From Candidatus Bathyarchaeota archaeon (lineage in GTDB: Archaea; Thermoproteota; Bathyarchaeia; 40CM-2-53-6): a stretch of DNA of 64,000 nucleotides. Below are positions 29,749 to 39,784 of the stretch, in pieces (the stretch's first letter is position 1; each line of letters starts with the position of its first letter). The stretch covers positions 832,001 through 896,000 of the forward strand of contig CAVSBL010000002.1 of the NCBI GenBank assembly GCA_963726255.1. The letters are read 5' to 3'. The position numbers were made by a program, and so were the translations under genes. The notes beneath the pieces were generated by a model, which saw nothing but the letters and a program-made list of their open reading frames with translations, had not been told where the DNA came from and made no database searches.

Positions 29749-30480
29749 TTAGGCCTTCGGTTCTTCTCCGGCGAGTGTGGCGATACCTAAATCCTTGACA
29801 GGAAACATGAAAAATCTCTCGTCGAGAGGTGAAATTCCATACAAGAAACTCATGAGCTTCGAGATGGAGACGACAGGAACCCGATCAACGACCGTCTGGC
29901 GTGCATTACCTAACGTGAGTATTGTGGGCATAATTTTTCTCCGACTCGCCCGCAAAACTCCAAATTTACGCAGTATTTCTGGGCGGCCGGCCAAAGCCGC
30001 GGATCTTTCGACCTGGGCTCGAACAGCGTCTCTGATTCTTGCGGTGGAAAGGCCTCGAAGCCAGTGCTTGCAATCTACTGCGAAAAGAAATGTATCGTTC
30101 CAAGCGAGTATATCGACTTCTCTCCGTGCACCTCTCGTCTTAAAGACGACATGTTTAGCTGTGAGGTACCCGTTCTTCTCGAACGAGAGCACAGCGAAAT
30201 CTTCGAATTCTTGCCAAGCCAAGAACCGCGAAACTCTCTGAGGGTCGCGGCCGCTATGGATCAGTTCCTCAGCCAGCATGATTCGTTGCCGTGCATCAAG
30301 TTCGAGGTTCTCCTGGCTAAAGGCCACTAAGCCTTTGGCCCGTAGCCCTTCGATTTGTGGGACCAAAGTAGCTGGTCCGGCGTGGAGTTCTTGCGCCAAT
30401 CCATCGAAGGAAATTCTCTGCCCATGCCTAGTAAGTTCAAGCAGTTTGAGCTGAAGGTCTTCCGGCAATCGTTTTCCCAT
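29749..30480 (-). CDS. wHTH + Mrr/NERD-like PD-(D/E)xK endonuclease domain protein
   Basis: WQEFEDF, REVDIL, AVDCKHW motifs; N-terminal HTH-like segment. Confidence 0.75.
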   Translation of the reverse strand: MGKRLPEDLQLKLLELTRHGQRISFDGLAQELHAGPATLVPQIEGLRAKGLVAFSQENLELDARQRIMLAEELIHSGRDPQRVSRFLAWQEFEDFAVLSFEKNGYLTAKHVVFKTRGARREVDILAWNDTFLFAVDCKHWLRGLSTARIRDAVRAQVERSAALAGRPEILRKFGVLRASRRKIMPTILTLGNARQTVVDRVPVVSISKLMSFLYGISPLDERFFMFPVKDLGIATLAGEEPKA

Positions 30481-30493
30481 TAGTTTAGGGGTT

Positions 30494-31639
30494 TTAGAAT
30501 ATTACGAATGTGAGGACGAGCATACCAAGAGCTAAGGCAAACAGTGCTTTCCTTGTGTTCGAAAGTGGGGATACGTCATCCAAAGGTTCAACACCTTCGA
30601 GGGGTCGGCGGCTTACGAACATGAATACAAGGAGGATTAGTGCAAACCCCCAGTAACCGGCTAGTAGGAGGACACCCAAACCGACTAGCGCAGTGAACTT
30701 GTGCCCTTGGTTTCCAAATGTGGCTCGCGAAATATGGCCACCATCGAGCTGCCAGATTGGCAGAATGTTCAAGAATGTTATGAGTGCGCCCACTTCAGCC
30801 GCGAACGCAACTTGGGTCAGAACTAGTATATGGCCTGCTGGAACTGTTCTCAAACTCAATTCGCTCAATAGTTCCAGGAATAGTGGAGTATGGGGCCAAG
30901 GGCTCGAGGAGAGAAGGTTCGCAGATATGAGGCTTGATGCCTCCTGTTCAGCGATTATGGGTGCTGTAAGAATTGCGTATATTCCAACCCCAATCGTGGC
31001 GAGGAAACCAGCGAGGGGGCCGCTGAAGCCGAGGTCAAACAACTGGTCACGGTTGGCCGGCGGGCCGCGCAGTGAAATAACCGCGCCAAGGGTTCCGATA
31101 GGAAACGGGGGCGGGACGGGAACGAAATACGGTAAAGTTGCGTCCATCCCATGATGACGAACCGCGACCACATGCCCTAATTCATGTATGCCTATTATTC
31201 CAAGAATTGATGCGCCGAGAATTACAACCTGCATATTCAAGTTGGAGTTTGCAAACAGGGCGGCGTTCAGCCGTGGGTCAACATTAAAGACGAGTGCAGA
31301 ACTCGCTATTCCGACTGTTAGGATCGTGGCGAAGAACAGGACCAAATTAATGATCCTTCGAGGTTTGCCGAGGTTCGGCTTGGGAAATATAGAGATGACA
31401 AGCTTGTCATCAATCCTCCTAATCTTTGCCATGAGGTTGTGATTGGACAAATCGTGCAGCAGTTCCCTGAACTTATCTTTCATCGATTCCTGGACAACTA
31501 TGAATGTGGGCAAGCCTTGGACATCAACATAAGCATCTCTTAGGGTAAAGCGATATTCAACCATGTTACGCAATGAGCCGAAATCCACTTGGAAGGATGG
31601 CGGGCGCGGCTCAGCTGCCTGGGGCGTTTCGGTGGTCAC
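30494..31639 (-). CDS. Site-2 protease (M50) intramembrane metalloprotease
   Basis: HELGH, SGPLAG, LNILPIWQLDGG. Confidence 0.93.
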   Translation of the reverse strand: MTTETPQAAEPRPPSFQVDFGSLRNMVEYRFTLRDAYVDVQGLPTFIVVQESMKDKFRELLHDLSNHNLMAKIRRIDDKLVISIFPKPNLGKPRRIINLVLFFATILTVGIASSALVFNVDPRLNAALFANSNLNMQVVILGASILGIIGIHELGHVVAVRHHGMDATLPYFVPVPPPFPIGTLGAVISLRGPPANRDQLFDLGFSGPLAGFLATIGVGIYAILTAPIIAEQEASSLISANLLSSSPWPHTPLFLELLSELSLRTVPAGHILVLTQVAFAAEVGALITFLNILPIWQLDGGHISRATFGNQGHKFTALVGLGVLLLAGYWGFALILLVFMFVSRRPLEGVEPLDDVSPLSNTRKALFALALGMLVLTFVIF

Positions 31640-31745
31640 TCAATTGTCCTTCTGGTTTTCTGCGCCTACCGGAAGATCATCATTTAAACAATTCTCAGAA
31701 CCGTCGTGCGAAAACGCAGATAATATCATATAGTCCAACGGCTGC

Positions 31746-32252
31746 ATGGAAAAACTGAGAAGCCCTTTGCTGATTCAGAAAGACTATACACTCCGCCGCT
31801 TTAGCCCTTCAGACCTTGAAGCGGTCATCAACATTAACCGCGTCTGCCTCCCTGAAAATTACGCTGCCTACTTCTTCATCGACACTTTCAACACTTTGCC
31901 AGAAACCTTCATTGTGGCTGAGTCTCAGGTGCAGGTCGTGGGCTATATAATGTGCCGCTTGGAACACGGTTTCTCAGACTTGAAGAAGCTCAGGTTCGCG
32001 AGAAAAGGGCATGTCATTTCGGTGGCAGTTATGCCGAACTTCAGGAACCTGGGAATTGGGAACTCGCTTGTGGAACAAGCGTTATCGGCGCTGTCGGCAC
32101 ACAATGCTGATGAGTGTTACTTGGAGGTCAGGCTCAGTAATACGGAGGCCATCAATCTATACAAGAAAATGGGGTTCGAGGTCGTCCGTACGATTCCCCA
32201 CTACTATTTTGATGGTTTCGACGCCTACGTCATGGCGAAGGCGCTCAGCTGA
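31746..32252 (+). CDS. Ard1/RimI-type N-terminal acetyltransferase (GNAT)
   Basis: CLPENY, GHVISVAV, LEVRLSN, YYFDG.DA. Confidence 0.93.
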   Translation: MEKLRSPLLIQKDYTLRRFSPSDLEAVININRVCLPENYAAYFFIDTFNTLPETFIVAESQVQVVGYIMCRLEHGFSDLKKLRFARKGHVISVAVMPNFRNLGIGNSLVEQALSALSAHNADECYLEVRLSNTEAINLYKKMGFEVVRTIPHYYFDGFDAYVMAKALS

Positions 32253-32290
32253 CTCCCCAACAAGCCAACGGCGACACCCACTTGTGAAGG

Positions 32291-33650
32291 TCATCGCCGA
32301 ACAGGTTCAGGGTGTATCGTTACGATTGCATTGTTGATCTTCTGCCTGATCCCTTCTTCGATACGTGAAATCATCGCGTGTATTTCTGAGATAGGTGCGT
32401 CGCCGGTGAAAAGGCAGTGCACGTTGATGTGTAACTTGTCGCCGGTTGTATAGATCGTGATCGCGCTGATTTGAAGTACGTCTGGGTAACCTTGAATCAC
32501 GGACCTAATCTTCTCGGCTACGTATTTGTCGTCAACCAATGCGCCCCTCGCACTTTCAGCCATCGATGGTTCAAGGTGGACTGTAACTTGGCGAACTTCC
32601 GGAACCGATTTTTCAATCCCTCTTTCAATGGACTCTGCTATCCCATGCGCTTTCTCAAGGGGCAATGAAGGGTCAACCTGAACGTGAAGCGTCACGTACA
32701 ACCCGTTGCCAATTCTGCGTCACCGATAGATTGTGAAGCCCCCGGGCACCTTCGACTTTCCCGGTTGCGTCTCGGATCTTCAATTCAAGCGGGACGTCCC
32801 ATTCCAGCGGTTCCAGATGAATCAAGATCGACGATTTGCCGAGAAGTTTCCCAAGGTTGTTTTCAATCTTTGAAGCGATTGTATCTGCATCTTTGATTCC
32901 CGCGAATGGTGAGACAGCCACCACGGCATCGACGTACGTTACTTCCCCGACACGCCTGGCACGGAGTTCCTTGATTTTGAGCACCTCGACAGTTTTGCGG
33001 ATTTCGCCCATGATTGATTGAACAAGTTTTCCAGATACGGCGTCACTGAGGTCGAGTATCGATGCGTAGATCAGTCGAGTGCTCAGATAGCCGAGCATCG
33101 CTGCGAGTGCGAGTGAAATAGCTGTGTCTCCAATCAGGTAACCAAAGCTGACCAACGCCAAAGCAACGAACACGAGTGAGGTCGAAAAGAAATCCGATAT
33201 TGCATGGTAAAGGTCAGCGCGGACCGATAGGCTTCCGGTTTTCAATGCGACGGTCAAAACTCCCATCCTTATGATGTCTATGCCGATCGTGTAAGCGGCC
33301 GCAGCATAGCCCAACGCACTAGGGTGAATCACACTTCCAATGCTCAATCGAAATGCGGCTAGGGCTACGATGCCGATCGCTAGGATAAGTAGTATAATTC
33401 CGCCTACGAGAGCGCCTAGTGATTCGAATTTTCCATGGCCGTAAGTATGGTCTTCATCTGCAGGTTTCAAAGATAAGCTCGTCGCGAGGAGCAGGATCAA
33501 AGTCGATAGTGCATCAAATGAGGCGTGGGCGGAATCGCTTAGCAGTGCTAAGCTTCCGGTATGGATTGCGGCGAAGCTTTCTACCACTATTACTGAGACG
33601 ATTCCGACTAGAGACACCTTAAGTGCTCTAGTCTTCGTGATCCTTGGCAT
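32291..33650 (-). CDS. Cation diffusion facilitator with tandem ZT_dimer domains, split by a +1 frameshift near 32711
   Basis: SLALLSDSAH, HTYGHGKFE, HAISD motifs. Removing one A from cagaattggc restores TQIGNGLYVTLHV and joins the two ORFs. Confidence 0.85.
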
Positions 33651-33719
33651 CGATGTAAACGCGAATGGGTCGAAGGTTGGCGGGTTTATGGGTTTATCGG
33701 AGAATTGCTTGTTCGGAGG

Positions 33720-34364
33720 TCATCTGATACGGTAACTCAAGGCCACGCCGTCTCCCAATGGAACGATTATGCTGGACAGCCTCGGGTCCCCGAAAATGCG
33801 TTTCGTGTATTCCATGATGCCGCGTACACCTTCCCTCCCCACGTCGCCTCGAACAGTCGCACCGCTCCATAGCATGTTATCTGCCAAGATTGTGCTTCCG
33901 GTTCTAGTCAGTCTCAGAGCATGATCTAAGTATGCGGGATATTCGTCTTTGTCGGCGTCAATGAAGACTAAATCGAATGGCCCATTCATATTGTGAAGCA
34001 TGTCGAGGGCTGGGCCACGATGAATCTCAACGCGTCCTTCCAGACCAGCCTTTCCTATGACATTCCGGAGAACCTCTACGACTTTCGGGTTGACTTCAAT
34101 TGCGTGCAATGTTCCCTTATTGCCCATGCCTTTCATGAACCAGAGCGCGCTGTAGCCGGCACCAGAACCAATTTCGAGGACACTTTGAGGGCTAGTCATT
34201 CTGGCCAGTAACTCAAGGAAGCGACCTCTTGTTGGATCGATTGGAAAGACGCCCTGTTCCCTCAGTTCCTGCGATTTCCCATAGACCCATTTCTGAAGCC
34301 TAGAATCTTCCCCAACGAGCCGTTGGACATAGCCCAAGACTTCTTCGTACTCCATTAAATCCAC
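33720..34364 (-). CDS. SAM-dependent O-methyltransferase (COMT/CCoAOMT-like)
   Basis: VLEIGSGAGYS, FDLVFIDADK..Y, ADNMLWSG. Confidence 0.92.
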   Translation of the reverse strand: MDLMEYEEVLGYVQRLVGEDSRLQKWVYGKSQELREQGVFPIDPTRGRFLELLARMTSPQSVLEIGSGAGYSALWFMKGMGNKGTLHAIEVNPKVVEVLRNVIGKAGLEGRVEIHRGPALDMLHNMNGPFDLVFIDADKDEYPAYLDHALRLTRTGSTILADNMLWSGATVRGDVGREGVRGIMEYTKRIFGDPRLSSIIVPLGDGVALSYRIR

Positions 34365-34472
34365 CTAGCAACAATCGTCGTAGAAACCGCAGTTCCTGCA
34401 TCTCGACCTGGCCTTGCTACCCGAAACGAACTCAAGAGGACCACCGCAACTCGGACAGCTCGTAAGCTCCAT
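34365..34472 (-). CDS. 35-aa zinc-ribbon microprotein
   Basis: MELTSCPSCGG...CRNCGFYDDCC; abuts the methyltransferase gene. Confidence 0.65.
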   Translation of the reverse strand: MELTSCPSCGGPLEFVSGSKARSRCRNCGFYDDCC

Positions 34473-34577
34473 ATCTATCCCAATTGACCCCCAGTTTGAA
34501 AACTCCGCATTCATAAGAATTAGTTCCGACGGTGCGGCGGAAATATTATCTTGCTCGTCCGCATTTGTCATTATTGC

Positions 34578-34955
34578 GTGAACAGGTTGGTTAAGAAGTG
34601 CTCAGCCTGCGGAGCCGAGAACAGAAACGAAGCCAATTACTGTTTGAAATGCGGGCGATCAGTCGTAATTCGACCTGCCCACTTTGTTCGTGAAGCTGAG
34701 GCTCCTTCCGCTACTCAAGTCCTGCCCATTGGACGGCCGGATGGATGCGTTTACCATCCGTGGCTTGCGAGTCAGTTCAATTGCTCGATGTGCGGCGTGC
34801 CGATTTGCATGAGCTGCGTACGGTACGAATATCGAAGTGTCTACTGCCCAGTCTGCCACGCACGCAACTTCCCACCCAGGCTTACCGTGCCGTTCGTCCG
34901 TGGACCGGCCTTGCTCTACCAAAACTACCCCTACTGGCGCAAAATCCTTAGCTGA
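34578..34955 (+). CDS. Zinc-ribbon + B-box-like protein
   Basis: CSACG..N...ANYCLKCG, then CVYHP...CSMCG.PIC.SC...YCPVC. Confidence 0.75.
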   Translation: MNRLVKKCSACGAENRNEANYCLKCGRSVVIRPAHFVREAEAPSATQVLPIGRPDGCVYHPWLASQFNCSMCGVPICMSCVRYEYRSVYCPVCHARNFPPRLTVPFVRGPALLYQNYPYWRKILS

Positions 34956-34980
34956 TTCGGGAAGCCTTAGCTCCAGAAGC

Positions 34981-35193
34981 CTACCGACTGGATTTCGGCC
35001 TGATGAAGAAGTAAAGAGTAATTATCCCTGCAAGTGCTGTAGGCAAGTACACAATCATAACTTCGAAGTCCAACGCCAGGAATGCGCTCTCCAACAGGCG
35101 CATGCTTAGGATGCAGACGGAGACTACTAGCAGGATCAAGAACGCGAAAAGCCAGAGCCTTCTCTCGTCCTCTGAATTTGGCGAAGCTGCCAA
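34981..35193 (-). CDS. Small 2-TM hypothetical protein
   Basis: TTG start directly after the rpoK stop; two hydrophobic helices. Confidence 0.5.
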   Translation of the reverse strand: MAASPNSEDERRLWLFAFLILLVVSVCILSMRLLESAFLALDFEVMIVYLPTALAGIITLYFFIRPKSSR

Positions 35194-35194
35194 A

Positions 35195-35497
35195 CTATAA
35201 TTCCGCTTCTTCACGTTCGCCCTCAAGAAGTGTTTTGAGCGGAATGTTCATGCTGGTCCCGTCGGGCAGTGCTCTTCGAATACTAATCGGAAGCGCACCT
35301 TCTTGAAGTTCAAGTTCGGCAAGTTCTATGGGGGACTTGATTGACTCGGGTACGTCCAAGAGTACGGGGGCGCCCATGGAAATTTGTAGAGCTCGCGCAC
35401 CCACGATCCGAGCACGTTCAAAACGTGTTAGTTTTTTCGGACCGATAAGCTGAATTGCAGTTTTCCTATGACTCGCCTTCTCCTTCTTCTTTGGCAC
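35195..35497 (-). CDS. rpoK: RNA polymerase subunit Rpo6 (K)
   Basis: LTRFERARIVGARALQISMGAP, LPISIRRALPDG. Confidence 0.95.
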   Translation of the reverse strand: MPKKKEKASHRKTAIQLIGPKKLTRFERARIVGARALQISMGAPVLLDVPESIKSPIELAELELQEGALPISIRRALPDGTSMNIPLKTLLEGEREEAEL

Positions 35498-37130
35498 TTT
35501 CTTCGGGCCCCTTGGGCGCTCCGCCTTGCTTCGACTTTGAGGACGCTATGATATCGTCAATCCTCAGGATCATCGCAGCGGCTTCGCCAGCGGATTTCAG
35601 AGCTTGTACCTTTACTGCGAGGGGCTCATAAACTTCGAGTTTTGAGAGATCCGCTACGTTTCCTTTGAATGGATCAATACCTACCCACTTTGCTTTGGCG
35701 GCTTTGGCTTGGTGCTTCGACCTCACTTCCATTAGAGAGTCAATTGGGTCCATGCCAGCGTTTTCCGCTAGGGTCATTGGAATAACCTCCAGTGCCTCCG
35801 CGTAGGCTTGAACTGCCAATTGCTCCTTCCCCGACAGCTTTTGAGCATAACCCCTGAGCATTCTGGCCACTTCGGCCTCAGGAGCTCCTCCACCCGCAAC
35901 CACTAGAGGTTCAACAACGACATCGCGTACAACGCATAACGCATCGTGAATAGCGCGCTCCGCTTCATCCACCACCCTTTCAGTCCCGCCCCGAACTAGG
36001 ATACTGACGGCCTTCGGGTTCCTACAGCCTTCCACAAACGTCATCTTATCATCAGAAACTTTCCGTTCCTCGACCAGATTCGCCCGTCCCAGGTCGGAGG
36101 ACTTCAAGTCTTCGAGTTGTGTAAGGATTGTTGCGCCTGTCGCTTTGGCAAGGTTCTCCATGTCCGATTCTTTGACACGCCTAACGGCCAATATGTTCTT
36201 CTTGGACATGAAATGTTGCGCAACATCGTCGATACCTTTCTCGCAGATGACCACGTTGGCCCCGCTTGAGGCAATTTTGTCAACCATTTCCCGAAGGATT
36301 TTCTCCTCCTCGTCGAGGAAGCTTTTCATCTGATTCGGGTCCTTGATGTTGAGTTTAGCATCGAACTCGGTCTTCTCTACCTCCAACGGGCAATTCAGCA
36401 GAGCAATGTGAGCATTCTCGACGCGGTGGGGCATTCCCGGGTGAACGACTTCCTTATCGAGCACAATACCCTGAATCAGTGCAGTGTCGGTGAGTGAGCC
36501 GCCAGGCTTTTTTTCGACCTTGATGTCATCGATATCAGCTTTGAAGTCGGTATCCGACTTTTCAGTCACCTGTAGAACGGCCTTCACGGCAAGCTCCGCA
36601 GCGAAGTCCTTGTGTTCGGCCAGCAGTTTGCTCGCGAGGGCAACTTTGGCGATTTTCTTCAGCATTACTTTGTCAGTGGGGCTGACTTTCACGGCGATCT
36701 TCCGTAGGAATTCAAGTGCCTTTTCATTGGCAATCTGGTAGCCGTCAACGATCACTGTTGGGTGGACATCCTTGTCCATCAAGGCTTGGGCTTTAGATAA
36801 TAGCTCGCCAGCGAGAACCACTGCCGTAGTGGTTCCGTCTCCCACTTCGTCATCCTGTGTCTTAGCTACTTCCACCATCATTTTTGCGGCAGGGTGTTGG
36901 ACGTCCATCTCGTCAAGAATCGTCGCGCCGTCATTGCTGATGGTGACGTCCCCAAAACCATCGACAAGCATCTTATCCATCCCTTTGGGGCCAAGGGAGG
37001 ACCTGACCGATTCTGCAATCACCATTGCGGCCATAATATCTGCATGCTGAGCTTCTCGGCCTTGGGTGCTGGAAGTTCCTTCTTTGAGTATCTGTGCCCG
37101 TTGCCCACCGATAATTGCAGACAAACCCAA
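35466..37130 (-). CDS. ths: Thermosome (group II chaperonin) subunit
   Basis: [30 protein letters not shown]. Confidence 0.97.
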   Translation of the reverse strand: MGLSAIIGGQRAQILKEGTSSTQGREAQHADIMAAMVIAESVRSSLGPKGMDKMLVDGFGDVTISNDGATILDEMDVQHPAAKMMVEVAKTQDDEVGDGTTTAVVLAGELLSKAQALMDKDVHPTVIVDGYQIANEKALEFLRKIAVKVSPTDKVMLKKIAKVALASKLLAEHKDFAAELAVKAVLQVTEKSDTDFKADIDDIKVEKKPGGSLTDTALIQGIVLDKEVVHPGMPHRVENAHIALLNCPLEVEKTEFDAKLNIKDPNQMKSFLDEEEKILREMVDKIASSGANVVICEKGIDDVAQHFMSKKNILAVRRVKESDMENLAKATGATILTQLEDLKSSDLGRANLVEERKVSDDKMTFVEGCRNPKAVSILVRGGTERVVDEAERAIHDALCVVRDVVVEPLVVAGGGAPEAEVARMLRGYAQKLSGKEQLAVQAYAEALEVIPMTLAENAGMDPIDSLMEVRSKHQAKAAKAKWVGIDPFKGNVADLSKLEVYEPLAVKVQALKSAGEAAAMILRIDDIIASSKSKQGGAPKGPEESAKEEGEGES

Positions 37131-37492
37131 AAGCCTCCGCTACACCGAGCAACTCTCCAACAAAAACAACTTCATATAAGGCTTCTGTTAGCCGGCCTTG
37201 GTACCTTGGCGTTTGGTCGGTTGGCTGGTTTTGGCTGTTACTTATCGTTTGGTGAGGGAATTTGGACGGGCTCCTCCACACCGCACAGGTGACGGAATGA
37301 CTGCGCGTTCACAGTACCTCTAACGTCTTCACCTGGATTGCTATACAGTTCTACTTCGATTTTCCCAAAACCGAAAGGGTGTTTTCACCTCGGCCATTCC
37401 CCATTTGCCATTCCATCCATTCCCTGCCATGTCTAGAAACACTTTTAGATGGACGTTCGAGTAGCAGCGAACGCGGCTTCGGGACGATTATC

Positions 37493-38611
37493 GTGCGCGA
37501 CTTAATCCGAATAAACCAGCCCATTATCGGCAAAGAAGAGATTGATGCCGCGACTGAAGTCTTGAAGAGCGGAATTCTGACCGAAAAGAGTGGGATGGGC
37601 CCTAGAGTCCTTGAATTCGAGAAGGACTTCGCGCGTTATGTTGGGGCCAAGCATGCTGTGGCTTTGAATACTGGAACGGCAGCGCTTCATACTGCCGTGC
37701 TGGTCGCGGGCGTTAAGTCTGGAGATGAAGTAATCATCCCGTCATTTACATTTCACGCCACGGCGGAAGTGGTCCTGATGGCGGGGGCTGAACCAGTCTT
37801 CGCGGACATAGACCCAGACACATACACAATAACAGCCGAGACCGTCGAGGCCGTAATGACGCGGAATACGAAAGTGATCATGCCGGTTCATTTGTACGGG
37901 TTGCCAGCGGATTTGGACCCCTTGAAGAAACTTGCCAGGGAACGCGGGGTTACCTTGATTGAGGATGCGGCGCAGGCACACGGAGCGGAGTACAATGGGT
38001 CGAAGATCGGGTCTATCGGTGACATGACCTGCTTCAGCATGTACGCGGGTAAGAACATGACCACCGGCGAGGGGGGCATGGTCACAACGAACGATGACGA
38101 CTACTCCGAAAGGTTACGTATGGTTAGGTCCCACGGCGAACAACGCCCCTATTGGCCAGTGACCGTTGGAAACAATTACAGGATGACTGAACTGCTTGCT
38201 GCGGTGGGAGAGGCGCAGTTGAAGAAACTCCCCTCTTTCTTGGAGCGTAGAAGAAAGAATGCTCAGTTTTTCGGCGAGAAGTTTGGGGTTCTCGGAAAAG
38301 TGGTGCCCCCGAAAGAGCCTGAGGGTAGGAAAAGTGCGTGGTATCTGTATACGTTGAGGTTGCGTGGGGCGAATGCTGGGAAACGTAACAAGGTTATCGA
38401 AAAGCTTCGGTCAAGGAACATTGAGGCGGCGGTCTACTATGAGTCCCCGTTGCATCTCCTACCGTTGTACCGCGAACGATCTACTTCACGCCGGCCTCTA
38501 CCTGAGACAGAGAAAGCTTGCAGGCAAGTCTTCTCCCTACCGGTGCACCCGAAGCTCGCAGAACCCGAGCTGGAATATATTTTCGATACAGTGAAGCGGG
38601 TTCTAACGTGA
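37493..38611 (+). CDS. DegT/DnrJ/EryC1/StrS PLP aminotransferase
   Basis: GTAALH, PVHLYG, IEDAAQAHG, SMYAGKNMTTGEGG. Start moved to GTG after the CTTTTA TATA. Confidence 0.93.
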   Translation: MRDLIRINQPIIGKEEIDAATEVLKSGILTEKSGMGPRVLEFEKDFARYVGAKHAVALNTGTAALHTAVLVAGVKSGDEVIIPSFTFHATAEVVLMAGAEPVFADIDPDTYTITAETVEAVMTRNTKVIMPVHLYGLPADLDPLKKLARERGVTLIEDAAQAHGAEYNGSKIGSIGDMTCFSMYAGKNMTTGEGGMVTTNDDDYSERLRMVRSHGEQRPYWPVTVGNNYRMTELLAAVGEAQLKKLPSFLERRRKNAQFFGEKFGVLGKVVPPKEPEGRKSAWYLYTLRLRGANAGKRNKVIEKLRSRNIEAAVYYESPLHLLPLYRERSTSRRPLPETEKACRQVFSLPVHPKLAEPELEYIFDTVKRVLT

Positions 38612-39031
38612 CTTCTGGGTTACCAGAATAGGGACCGAACGCAGGATTTCATCCAAAGTCGGCCTCGTGGTTTCCCGAATCTCGTAGCCGACGCGAAGAG
38701 CAGGCTTAGCGATGTTTTGAAAATTCTTTCCTCATCCCGTAGAACATGACATTCTTCATCCTTCTTCCATGATTGAGTTGAGCATGGTCATCGTGTTTCG
38801 AGTGACCATTTTCAGGTGACCAAGCACTTTGAGCAAATCTGGAATGAGAACGTGGGTTTTGCCTTTTTCCGCTCAAGGAGAGATCTCGTCAACTATTATG
38901 AGGATCTTGGCACCGTTAAACTACGCAGAAGCGCTAAAGGATGTAAAATGATCAGCTGCACAATTAGCTGTGACGACGATGCCTTTGCCATGCAGAGAGC
39001 GCCGAATCCAGAACGGTGGAATACTTGCCTA

Positions 39032-39059
39032 GTGTGTGCGCACCACTAGACCCACACAC
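39032..39059 (+). repeat. 28-bp 11-6-11 inverted-repeat site S1
   Basis: GTGTGTGCGCA-CCACTA-GACCCACACAC. Confidence 0.7.
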
Positions 39060-39064
39060 ACTGA

Positions 39065-39111
39065 GACGACGGTTCAAATCCAGTCGCCCGCACCACCATG
39101 CCCACACACAC
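39065..39111 (+). repeat. 47-bp direct repeat copy A: tRNA 3'-end mimic + right arm
   Basis: GACGACGGTTCAAATCCAGTCGCCCGCACCACCATGCCCACACACAC, identical to 39681-39727. Confidence 0.9.
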
Positions 39112-39130
39112 ATTTTTACGAACGATGGGC

Positions 39131-39161
39131 GACGACGGTTCAAATTCCGCAGGGCACACCA
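39131..39161 (+). repeat. Degenerate third tRNA 3'-end mimic
   Basis: GACGACGG-TTCAAAT-TCCGC-AGGGCAC-A-CCA; same T-loop-to-CCA spacing. Confidence 0.7.
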
Positions 39162-39198
39162 GAAACGCTTAAGTAACGAAAATGCACGACGCTTCGGC

Positions 39199-39618
39199 AT
39201 GAAAGCAATAGCCCTTTTCTTCCCCTTGGCTGCCTTCGTCGTCTTCGCTCAGGGCCTGACGGGAGCGTATACGGTCCTAGCCTTCTACGACTTCGGAGCC
39301 CACATGACCACTGGCTACGTGACAGGCATCTTCGCTCTGGTAGCTGTGATTCTGGCCTTTGCCGCGAAACCGAAGTACAACGCGCTGCGATACTCGTCAG
39401 TGGTCTTCTTCGCGCTCGTTGTCATACAGGGCCTCATAGGGTTTTCCGCTGAGACAAGCGACGAGATCGTGGGCATCCACTTCATCAACTTTCTAGTACT
39501 CTTCGGCATTTCCATCGCCATGGTGTTCTACGCCTTCCGATGGAACAGGATGGGAAGTGCCACCCAGCGGCAAAGCGACAGAGCGGCCGCCAGGCGGCGT
39601 AAGACGCGTACACGGTAG
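39199..39618 (+). CDS. Small 4-TM membrane protein with two intramembrane His
   Basis: ATG about 25 nt after the GAAACG-CTTAAGTA promoter; FGAHM and GIHF. Confidence 0.7.
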   Translation: MKAIALFFPLAAFVVFAQGLTGAYTVLAFYDFGAHMTTGYVTGIFALVAVILAFAAKPKYNALRYSSVVFFALVVIQGLIGFSAETSDEIVGIHFINFLVLFGISIAMVFYAFRWNRMGSATQRQSDRAAARRRKTRTR

Positions 39619-39680
39619 TAATAGAGAGACCGATATGACTAGTGTAGGTGTGCACACGCACACTTCTACTAACGAAGAAC

Positions 39681-39727
39681 GACGACGGTTCAAATCCAGT
39701 CGCCCGCACCACCATGCCCACACACAC
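39681..39727 (+). repeat. 47-bp direct repeat copy B
   Basis: Identical to 39065-39111. Confidence 0.9.
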
Positions 39728-39784
39728 GAAAACGACCACAAACGACGTTTCACCATAAAGCGACCGCCGGGAGTCTGACCCGTT

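Noticed and set aside
37172-37195. AACAGAAGCCTTA on the minus strand resembling the RNase P RNA 3' motif
   Set aside because: Spacing is wrong and no matching 5' P4 motif; better explained as the thermosome BRE/TATA.
38607-39030. Short broken frames between the aminotransferase and the repeat island
   Set aside because: No recognisable domain on either strand.
39030-39161. Complete tRNA genes
   Set aside because: No D-arm, anticodon arm or 5' acceptor strand, and the T-stem 5' strand does not pair fully.
39065-39727. 47-bp repeats as a CRISPR array
   Set aside because: Only two exact copies, 616 bp apart with a gene between them; no cas genes.
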